A stretch of 63,588 nucleotides of DNA, counting the filler, from Bigelowiella natans CCMP2755 (Eukaryota; Protista; Cercozoa), in NCBI GenBank assembly GCA_000320545.1. It is 6 parts of 6 records of this genome, joined end to end, with 100 filler letters (N's around TTAATTAATTAA, not from the genome) between each part and the next. Parts side by side here need not be neighbours in the genome. Positions count along the whole stretch, not along the records: positions 49,133 to 61,566 come from ADNK01003443.1; positions 61,667 to 63,588 come from ADNK01002675.1; 4 more parts are not named here. One strand, 5' to 3'. Positions 53,019 through 63,588 of this stretch are shown one piece after another; position 1 is the first letter of the stretch; each line of letters opens with the position of its first letter. The translations under genes were made by a program, and so were the position numbers. Below the pieces are notes generated by a model that was given only the letters and a program-made list of their open reading frames with translations, had not been told where the DNA came from and did not search any database.

Positions 53019-56000
53019 TGTCAAGCCATGTTTCTGTCTTCTATGATTCCTCCCTACCCCCTCTCTCCTCCCTCCCCCCCCCCCCCTTCCTCTTCTCCCT
53101 CTTCTCCCCTTCCTCCCTATTTCTGTTTCTGTCCGAATTACTGGTCGAAGGAGTTGACGCTCCACATAAAACCCTGCACGGCTATTCTGTGCTCGTAAAG
53201 CGCCAGGAGCTGGCCTATGGTGTGCGCGTCGAGAGGCCTATCGATGAGAATCACCTGGTGATAGTAGTAGCAATAGAGGAGATAGCATCGCCATCAATCG
53301 ACCAATCCAATCAATCAACCAATCAAGCAAGCACGACACACTGGATCTTTTTACCGCATTCATCATCATAATCATCATCATCATCTTAGCAACGCACGCA
53401 CACGCACACACACACACACGCACACACACACACACACACCGTCGAGGGCCGGTCCCCCGGCATCATCTTGTGCGGGACGAGCTCCTCCGCAACCCCAGCC
53501 TCGCGGAGCTGCCGCGCGGTCTGCCCGATGGCGAGGGCGTCCGGCTGCGCGAAGAAATTGGCCATGAGCTCATCGTGGTTGGCGACCGGCTCGCCCTCTA
53601 AATGGAGGGGGTTTTGGCTGTGCGTGAATCCGAGGAAGTCTACGGGGACGACGCGGCCTTGGTGAAGCATCTGGAAGAACGAGTGCTGCGCGTTGGTCCC
53701 CGGCTCGCCGAATTCGATCTCGGCCGACGCGTAGTCGATCACCTCGCCGCCCAGCGTGACCGACTTGCCGTTGCTCTCCATCCCCACCTGCTGCACGTGG
53801 GGGGCGAACTTGGACAGCGCGTGGGAGTAGGGGATGATGGCGCGCGTGGAGAAGCCCTGGAAGTTGGTCTGCCAGATGTTGATGAGCCCCATCATCGCCG
53901 CGAGGTTCGCGGAGAGGGGAGCCTCGATGAAGTGACGGTCCATGGCTCGTGCTCCTGCGAGGAAGTCGCGCACCGTCTCCATCCCGTAGTGTAGCGCAAG
54001 GGGGAGGATTCCTACTGCGGAGCTCACGGAGTAGCGCCCGCCAACCTGCATATGTTGCATTATTGGCCGGTTAGATGCATGCACGCACGACGACGGTGGT
54101 GGCGACGATCAACCGACTATTCCCTTGATTATGAGGCGGCGTTGTCCATTATTTTTCAATTTTGGAGAAAGGGGGGATTGGGGACAAACTATTTGGCGAA
54201 AACTCCACTCTCTGATCTAGCAGAAATTAAGTCTCGCAGAGAGAATAATGACCTCTATATTATTCAGCACCGACCCCTCCCCCCCCCCCCAAATCCTATC
54301 TTAAAGAGAAAACGCTATTCTCTACTCTGGGCAGTAACATACCCAGTCCCAGAAGGTGAAGACGTTGTCGGGGTCCACGCCAAACTCAGAGGCCTTTTCC
54401 ACGTCCGCACTCACTGCGACCATGTGCCGCTTAACGACTGTACGCTCGAATTCTAACTCGGCTGCAGGGCCCCCCTCCTCCCCTCCCTCCTTCGTATTCT
54501 TCTGGCCCTTGACCAACCAGTCCTTAAGCGTCTTCGCATTGAGCATGGTTTCGGCGGTGGTGAAGGTCTTGGAGATGACGACGACGAGCGACTCCTCGGG
54601 GTCCATTCCTTCAACCGTCGTGGCGACGTTCACGGGGTCCACGTTGGAGAGAAATCGCAGCGTCGCGTTCCGCGCCGCCGCGGCTCGCCGCTTGGCCTGC
54701 GGGTCATTGAGCAAGGCCTTATCGACGAAGTTTGTTCCCAGATAAGAGCCGCCAATGCCAACGACGAGGATGTTTCGGAGAGGGCGCCCTGAGGCCCCCG
54801 CCCACGAACCGTCCCGCACCCGCGAGGAGAAGTCTTCGATGCGATCGAGCACCTCGTGGACGAGGGGGACCACATTCACGACTCCGTTTTCGTCGTCGTC
54901 GCCGCGGGAAGACAGGCTGCTTTGCTTCGCATCCCCCGCCTCCTCCATGATGTTGAAGGTGTCGTCTTTGGATGCGCGAAGAGCCATGTGGAGGGCGGCG
55001 CGGTGCTCAGTCGGATTTACCGGAGCGCCCGAGACCATTGCAAAAATCTTCTCCTTTAGCTATTAGATGAATAGTAGTAATGTTTGAATATGGCGATAAT
55101 AGAGAGAGGATTGGCTAAAAAGGTGGTGCGGATAATCAGCGATATAGCGGGAGGGGAGGGGGAAGGGGGGAGGGGACAGATGGCAAGAGAGCCAAGGTTC
55201 ATACAAGAAGTCAGTCAACTCGGGAAGAAATAAGTCAATCGCCCCGAGCATTATCATCATCATAATCCTGAATTAATGATTACGTTCGCCTTCTCTGCCA
55301 AATCTAGGAGAAGCCTCTTCGTCTCCATGGTCATCTTTTGCCGAGAGAAATCAATGATGAACCCGTCATTCTCGAGAGTCAAACCTGTGTCGTATCATCG
55401 TAATTAACGCATCAGCGGACGCCGTAATGGAGTAACGTACAATACATATGTACATAGACACGCGCGTGCGCACACAAACACACCTTCAACTCTCTCCTGA
55501 TCCTGGAGAAGGTCTCGTAGGTGCGGAAATCCGGACTGGATGATGTGAAGGAAAATTTCATCAATGACTATGGAACCGAGTAAGATGATGAACGGTGCGC
55601 TCACAAGCACTACCTCAAAAGTCCAATGGGAAAAGTAGTCATTGTAAAGCAAATTATTAAGTTTTCTTATGTAATTCCGATGTATATCGAAACCGCGCTT
55701 AAAAGGATGAGGAAGCTGACCTTCGCATGGTGTTGAAGTGCTTGCCATTCCGACGTGCTGGATAAAAGGTTGTTTGGGGGAGTAGAGGAACCTGGGGCGG
55801 GGACTTTCCCAATTTCATTCGTCGTCGGAAGGACATCATCAGCTGTTGCTTCTCTCTGTTCAATGTGCAGGTGGGAGGATTTGTCGACAGAGCTGTGTGT
55901 ATGAGCCAGCTGTCTGGGAGAATGATGATCGGGATAAGAGATTTGGTGATGGCCGTGATGATTCGTTGCATCGGGTTCGGGATGGTGGTGATTGTTGGCA

Positions 56001-56410
56001 TGGTGGTGACTATGGTGATGGTGAGGTATATCATTAAGTTTCGCTGAGTAGTGTGATGTGCTCTTCGTCCTGCTGTTACCCCCCTCTTCGGTTTCGGCTG
56101 CTTCTTTATGACCAAACTGCTCTATACTAGCCCAAATCTTCCGGCCTCTACGTGTGATCCTTGAAGGGGAGAATCGAGAGATTCGTCGTGAGTGTATCGA
56201 CCCGACTTGAGCTCTACTATTTCTACTGCAACCGAGGGCCGCACCTGAAGAACCTAGCACTGTATGCACACCTCGTCGACCGTTAGGAAGGTGAAAATGA
56301 TTCCTCAGCGAGACTAGAGTCAGAGAAAGTGCTAGGATGGTAAAGAGCATGCGCACCAGTCGAAACTTGCGCCGCGAAAACGTCGAAAGAGACTTGGCTG
56401 GACTCGGCAT
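52707..56410 (-). CDS. GPI: Glucose-6-phosphate isomerase with long bipartite-like leader
   Basis: [77 protein letters not shown]. Confidence 0.95.
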
Positions 56411-57817
56411 TGCACGAGATTGAACCTAAAGGCTGGCTGCTGCACCAGCTTAATAAGGTGATCTTCAATCCCCACCGCCTCCTTCTGCAAGCGAGCAGTT
56501 CCCCCCTTGATCGGCGTCTCTCGCCGTGTCTACGTCGGTCCCCCCCTTATGACCTGGGACGACAGGAGTTTCTTAAGATTTCTACTAGTGATTTCTTTCC
56601 GCTATAATTTTGAAACTAATGTCGTTTTTACATAGAGACATCATCAAAATGTTGTCGCATGTACTATTTTAAGCTCTCGTGCACTCCATCCGGGCTGTAT
56701 GGTCTGAACTACAAATTCGGGCACGCGACTGCCCTGTCCGATATTCAGCCTTTCGTTGAGCAGCTCGTTTTTTTAGGGAAGAGCAAGATCCTCAACTTTG
56801 CGACTGAGTCAAGGAGAAAATATTGTCGTAGCTACAAAGTGAAACCACACGCTCTCTAACAGCCGATTCAGAGGGAAAGAAAGAGAACACTGATTTCTCT
56901 TTTCATATAAACGCAGAGGATATATACTAGAAACAGCTGCCTATCTGCAATATTGGGACAGGAAAGGGATTGCAGCTAAGAGAAGACGGTGTGGTACCCA
57001 CTGCAACTATGTGCCAATCATTATGATTTGAACTCGAAAACGAAAGACGTCCTTGGTAAACGGAAGGCAATTGGCACACGAATCTTGCCCCCTCCCACGA
57101 GTAAAAACTAGGATTCTTGATGTCGTTAAAAACATGTCCCCACGAAATCCTGTACTTCATAGATCGGGAATTGATGACCTCTGGAACATCGTCACTCATG
57201 AAGTCATTCATTGTGTAGTTGTGTAGCCACCAAAACTTTGCATGCACAAGCTGAGGACCATGGGCTAGTAGGTGTCACAAGGTCGGCATCAACGAGACCA
57301 TGAGACAACATGCACGTAAATGCTTGACTTCAGAACACACATGCTCTGCTCTAGTGCTTGTGTGTGCTGCTCGTTGTTGCTCGGTTGTTTGTTCTGTGCA
57401 CGACGCACATGCACACAGGCAGTCGACAATGTGACTCGATGACAGCCATGCGATTTGCTAGACGCCATCCCAGCAGCACATCTAGAGGCAGATTAGACAT
57501 GGCTCTGAAACACCCATCTCACATGCTGTGGCATGTCTAGTTGTCTAGCTAGCTAGTACGCAAGAAGCAGCTCGAATTCGAGAGTAACGTGCGTGAACAT
57601 TTATTACATGGTGTATGTTGAATCTCTTGTTACCCTGATATAACTTTATGATAATAATCGGACGCCCCAATGTTGAATAGCGACATTCATAGCTCTTACA
57701 ATTGCTGATGTTGCGAACTAGAAAGAAAATCGCACAAAAAATAGCCAACCATCTCTGGCCCACTGTTTTCACACTTGTCTCAGTGAAACTGCTTAGAATT
57801 GCTGCTGCTGCTACATG

Positions 57818-58323
57818 CTATAGAGCAACCTCTTTCATCTCACCTTCCACGTCCTCCTCTCCCCCCTGCCCTACTTTGTTATCATCGATCACATGCGGGC
57901 CGCCATGATCGTCAATGACAGAATCGTCGCGTGCCTTAGACATTTCCTTCATCTCCACCATTCCTGCTGCCATAAGTGCTGCCTGACTGCTCGCTGATTT
58001 TGCACGCTCCTGTGCGTGTATGCAGAGGGGTGGTTAGTAGCTCCTCTATCAGGAAAATGCACCACACTTTGCAATAGCATCCGAACATACCAACAGCCGA
58101 GGCAGGTGAGGAAGGAATGCGAAGAAGGCAACAAGTCAAAGAAGATTTGTGAGAAAGAAATAGCACTTTTTCTCTCCTCATCTCACTATCACTAGTACTG
58201 TTACCCTGCTGATGTCAACGAAATGGAGGGCACGTGTCAGTAGCGCCACAAGGGCCGATCCAGCCGCAAAACTTATAGCTAGTAGCACCTGAGGAAGCCA
58301 GGAAAACGAGGGAGGGAGGGAGG

Positions 58324-58358
<35 letters not shown>

Positions 58359-60175
58359 TCAAGAATTTCAACTAGCAACCATCAGAAATCTTAACCCTTT
58401 TTTTCATCATTATCATCTTTGTCTCCCCAAATATCACATCCTCTCCTTGGCCTTACGATGAGCAGCACGGAAGCCGTGATGAAGTGGTTGTTTTCTATGG
58501 TGAGATCGCCATATCCTATCGTTGTTAACGTTGTCCTGAGAGGCACCAGGGAGGTGGAAAGGGGGAGGAAAGGAACATCACAGATTAAGAGAAGCGAGCA
58601 ATAGACAGGAGCTGCGTATTATGTAGAAATACCGTAGATAACTTGTTCTTGTACATTCACTATGTACGTACAAGCATGCAAGAGAAAGTGGCACATCGCC
58701 ACATACAAACGTCGCTACCATGTGAAGTAGAAAGCGTCAAGATAGTTAAGATTCTGCCCGATCATAAGCAACCCAGCGAAAAATATTGTCAAGCCGAAGG
58801 CAACAAAGAGCAGCCCACCCAACAGGCTCAGCTCCACTCCCACGGCGCTTCTCTTTTCCAGCCCCCACTTGCGCACAGAATTCAATCGATGCATCGCCAT
58901 AAACACCCCCCAGATGACATATCCACCCAGGCTCAAATTAACCTGATCAAATCATCAATCGTCATGACACTTTGACTGAGAGAGCTCTATCCCGCGGGTT
59001 CGACACGGTAGTATTCCATTATCACTATCACTAGAATCGTTATTTTGATAGCTACTACCGTGATCATGAGAGGGATTCCTATGATCGTGAAAAAGATTAG
59101 AAATACCTGATGTAAAGAAGAATTAGAAAACTGACCACAAAATGTGCAGTTAGATACGGTGATGGCTTGCTTACTTTCCCCCCTGATGTTTGAGGGCTCA
59201 TGTCTCCAAAACCAACCGTTGACACCGTTACAAGTGTGAAATAGAGAGATTCCCCATAGGACCATATTTCATCGCTTTCCTCTTCGCTCCACACAGTAAG
59301 GTAGGGCGAGTACTGAATGGAAATTATTTAGAGGCATAGCTCAGCTATGAAGCTCGGAAGACAACTCGTGAGAAGAAAGAAACGTACACACGCTGCATGC
59401 ATGAGAATATTTCTGTCAAAAGATGTTATATCACTGGATGAATTCATTTGTCTCTAAGATATGTTTCTTTTCTGAATAATTTTCTCACTACAAGTTGTCT
59501 TTTGTCTACGCACCTTCTCTTGTGCTGCTTTTGTCATTAGTTCATCAACTATTGCCAGCTGCTCAGACCTTTAGTGTAAAAGGGTCCAATGAATACGATA
59601 GATATTAGTTTCTCCGAGATTAAATCTAACTATCTCTAACCCAAATCATCCCAAAAAAATGCGGTTCAATGAGGAAAGCAGCCCCGTGATACGCAACAGC
59701 CACAATTGGAAATTGGTTCTCAGAAAGTGGTACTCTACTTGTGTGCTATTACGTAAAATTTCCTGCCGTGAAAAGGTCATTTCTGGTTTGTAGGAAACTC
59801 TTCCGAGAGTCCACCGCATAGTCATGTTCGAGTCCGTAAAATATAGCCGCTAATGAGTGATGAGCGAAACAATTGTTTTGGTTCTAGTTATTACTCACGT
59901 ACTTTTATGTCCAATTGTGGACAATAATTCGATAATTTGAATAAAAAACCTACAACTACATAGATTTACCTCCGATGACGAGGTAGACCGTTGTTAATCT
60001 GTGAAATAATGAATACCAATGTTTCAAAATGCTGGACTCGACGAAGGTGCTATCCCCACATTATTTCATGCAAACTGAGTTGCAATTTCCTCAAGAGGGA
60101 GAGTTACATGATAGCGATTCCCAGATTCTTCCCCTCGAGCAGCGGCTTCTCAGCCTGGCTGAGGACCGCCACCAT
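57818..60175 (-). CDS. Two-pore (tandem-pore) potassium channel
   Basis: Two P-loops: SLYFTLVTVSTVGFGDMSP and DAFYFTW|TTLTTIGYGDLT. Putative ATG at 60175 with an EKPLL dileucine-like motif; start uncertain. Confidence 0.8.
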
Positions 60176-60270
60176 CCTATCCGTCGTCTTCTGCTTCCTT
60201 TTCCGTAGCCAGTCTGAGCTTTGTCTGTTTTGATATTAAGACTGAAGAAGAGAGGTGATCTTGCGTAAAA

Positions 60271-61396
60271 AATGGAAAATGTGTGGTAATTGATTCCTGC
60301 GACCTACGATTCTTACTTCTTTTATGCTAGAAAGGAGTTCAATTGACTTTGTCTATGGGACATGCGATACTGGGATCTCTTGGGGCTGTTCTGGGAGAAC
60401 ACACGTGTAAATCTAGAGTGAAAAGGGATCCAATTCGATCCTACGACAATGATTATTATATGTTTAGATTTAGAAACAGTTCTAAATATAGCGTCTCCAT
60501 TCACCTACAATGATGAGGGACGACTTCGATTTCAATTCGTTATTCAAAAATTAGGAGTCTTGTAGTGATTCAGTATCATCTTGTATGATCTTGTATGAAG
60601 TTCATATAAAACACCCTTTGTTTGTTGTATTTTTTTATCATTATTTCAAGTATATTTACCAAACGGCTTCATATGTGTTTGTTCAACTGTCATTGTCATA
60701 CCTTATATCAATACACTTTTGTTCAAACTACGGGGAATTATTGAATTTTAGTAAAAATTATATCTGGTATGACCATGACGCCTGGCAAAAATAGGTCATA
60801 TTCCATGTTTCCCCAGACACATCGTGCAACAATAATGTCTTAATGGATATATTAAGCTTTTGGAAACCAACAACCCGAACACTAGAGTTAGTCATTTACT
60901 CGACCCCTCCCTGCGTCGACTAATCTCTACAACAGGTATCCCTTAACTCAACAGCAGGATGGATGCTATGAAATAATATTCTAGATGTGTGCATAGGGGG
61001 TTGTGATAGTACAGATAGATTTATGGATAGAGGTAAGAGCTTGTTCAAGATAGCGTCTCGAGTTGCTCAAATTTGCGAACTGTGAATAAACCTCCCCCTC
61101 TTACTGTGTCGTTTATTCACATATTTATCCACAGGCTGCTGCTACACTATCTCTTGTCTGCTATCAGCGTTCACTCTATCGACCCCTCCCTGCGTCGACT
61201 AATCTCTACAATAGGTATCCCTTAACTCAACTACGCGCGCGCTATATTTAGAAACAGTTCTAATAGATTAGATTCGGTTGAGAAGGGACTCTATCATCAT
61301 CTCGTAGACAAAGTCAACTGAAGAAGTCCTTTCTAGCATAAAAGAAGCTAGAATTAATTATAGGTCGCAGGAATCAATTACCCCACATTTTCCATT
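60271..61396. mobile_element. Non-coding element with imperfect terminal inverted repeats (MITE-like or inverted promoter duplication)
   Basis: 60271-60355 is an imperfect reverse complement of 61305-61396; further match 60470-60494 vs 61240-61263; internal ~52-bp direct repeat 60901-60952/61179-61232. Confidence 0.65.
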
Positions 61397-61521
61397 ACAC
61401 ATGCGCAGAAACCAAATCGTCCATTGTATCTTCTACAGGAAGTATGCCGTTTGGAGTTTCATTATCGGCAATGAAGGATAAGGCCAAGGAGAAGCTGAAA
61501 AACGTGAGCTTTGAGACTGTT

Positions 61522-61566
<45 letters not shown>

Positions 61567-61699
61567 NNNNNNNNNNNNNNNNNNNNNNNNNNNNNNNNNN
61601 NNNNNNNNNNTTAATTAATTAANNNNNNNNNNNNNNNNNNNNNNNNNNNNNNNNNNNNNNNNNNNNGAAAGCAAGCACTTTGATTGAGCGATGTGCCAA

Positions 61700-62630
61700 T
61701 GAGCGTCTAGCGTTGATATCTACTTCGGCCTGTAAGATTGTTTCGATTAATATATATATCGTGATATATGGATTTGCAGAGATCTGAAGCCGGACAACAT
61801 AATCTATGACCCTACAAAGAAAGGTTGCAAGACAATTTTAAAAGCGCATATGAACGCAACGCCAAAACATGCACTTTCTCTCTCCCTCTCTCTCCCTCTC
61901 TCTCCCTCTCTCTCCCTCTCTCTCTCTCTCCCCCCCCCCTCCCCCCCCCCCCCCCCCACACACACACATACACATGCACACACGCGTCTCTTTTACAAAT
62001 ACATCTCCTTGACCAAATTGCAAACCATAAAATACGCATTATTACCGTTTCCTCTTCGTGTGGGCACATCACGTAGATGAGGCCTCCGGAGGAGTGTATG
62101 TGGTTGACTTCGGCGGGGTATATCTCGAATGTAGCAGCTACAAAATGGCCCTTTTCCTTTTTCGTCCTTCCAAAGAAATCCGATCCTATCTCCAAACACA
62201 CACGCTATTATCAGTATATCACCATAATTACTATTATTATTATTGTTATTATCATCATCACTATTCTCATTCGTTCAATTCGCATATGCGCCATGCTAGC
62301 ATGTTGCTGCGATTGATTTCCGATGTCTTTTGAGTAGTAAGACTTCGTGCTTCTCCTGCTCTCAGGTGCAGAGCGTGGATGCAGGCCGCGATATGGTCAG
62401 GCATTCGAATAAGGGGGGTGGGGGGCAGGATGGGGAGGCTTTCATATTTTCTTTTCTCCTCAAGCGGCGTTGGTAGTCGCGGATTTGCTGTTTTGCCACG
62501 GTTTTTAAGCAGTCCCTTAGTGTTTATCCTGGGCCATTAACTCACGTTGTATCCACTGTTTTTGGTGTAAAGAGCGGCACCACGATGATGGTTGGCACCT
62601 ACGGTTATATGCCTCCAGAGCAGTTCCAAG

Positions 62631-62696
<66 letters not shown>

Positions 62697-63051
62697 CGCT
62701 TTTCCCGACGATGACACTACCCCCTACTACAGCTGCCCACTCTCTTTTGAAGCAAGTCTAATGATGGCGATTTCTCATGGTCTTCTTTCTCTGTGCTGTG
62801 TTAGGCCGTGCATCTGTTAAATCTGATCTCTATGGACTGGGGGCGACGCTCCTTACCCTTGCTACAGGCAGCCAACCACACATACATAGACGCATTCACT
62901 CGCCCACTCGCTCACTCGCACAATTGTCCACAAAAGTTGATGGTAACAACAGAGTAAATGGGGTTAAGACGCCAATGGGCTCGCATACACGTGATGAGTA
63001 AACCATCGGTCTAGAAGCATTATTCTTCGGCGAGATATGAAACCGTCGTTG

Positions 63052-63089
<38 letters not shown>

Positions 63090-63280
63090 ACTCACGTGGA
63101 CTTGCGCAACCATGGTTGTGGTTATTTCGCCGACGGATTTTCTTTCTTGCTCCAGGCCGCAGCCCCGCCTCATTCCCCCAGTCTCGGTTGAAGATCGACT
63201 TTTCACAGGAGGAGGGGGTAATGCCCTTGGACCTTAAGAGGGTGATAAGCGGCTTGTTAGAGCCTGTGGAGGAAGATCGG
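61700..63280 (+). CDS. Ser/Thr protein kinase, Pkn2/cyanobacterial-like, partial
   Basis: RDLKPDNI, VYVVDFGG, VGTYGYMPPEQFQ|GRASVKSDLYGLGATLLTLATG, PASFPQSRLKIDF, LLEPVEEDR. Confidence 0.85.
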
Positions 63281-63588
63281 TAATATATCGACTGTAGATA
63301 ATAGTATGCACGTGCTGCTGCTGATGAAGATGTAATGATGATGATGCTGGTTTGGGTGAGGGGTAGGGGGGGGGGGGGGGGGGGGAAAACTCCTTTGGAA
63401 AAAACTTTCTGGTAGAATAGAAATCCAAACGAAGAAATTTTTTTTTTCCTCCCTTGGGTAACATGTTTTGGAATTTTCCCAAATCCAGAAGGGGCCCCCA
63501 CTTTTCCCTTAACCATTTAAGTATTTTTAAGTTTCCCAATGGGGGGAGAACTTTTGTAAAACCTGGCGGTGGGGCCCCTAAACCCCCC

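Noticed and set aside
60901-61232. CRISPR-like direct repeat
   Set aside because: Only two copies ~280 bp apart, eukaryotic context, no cas genes.
63360-63588. Homopolymer-rich terminal sequence
   Set aside because: Looks like a low-quality read tail after a poly-G run.

Overview
Intron-rich, microsatellite-rich eukaryotic nuclear DNA. Bipartite N-terminal leaders and plastid-pathway genes suggest an alga with a secondary plastid, possibly a chlorarachniophyte (inference only). Five 100-bp N gaps with an artificial TTAATTAATTAA linker split the window into six contigs. Recognisable spliced genes: sigma-like GST, calcyphosin-like EF-hand protein, GH38 alpha-mannosidase, OGG1, OLA1/YchF, NDK, CAND1 (partial), Kv-type K+ channel (partial), TBCD (partial), protoporphyrinogen oxidase (partial), GPI with a long leader, a two-pore K+ channel and a Pkn2-like Ser/Thr kinase. 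Main observations: (1) an operon-like cluster of six tRNAs, including two structurally non-canonical tRNA-Arg genes and a tandem duplication diverged almost only at the anticodons; (2) a ~3.4-kb domain where TpA appears to have been converted to TpG/CpA while CpG is retained (the reverse of RIP), containing decayed genes and a possible viral fibre remnant; (3) alternating gene orientation, with distinctive ~0.5-1-kb CTAG/CATG-rich spacers between convergent 3' ends and a shared TGCGACAA motif in promoter-like regions. Exon boundaries and counts were read by eye and are approximate.
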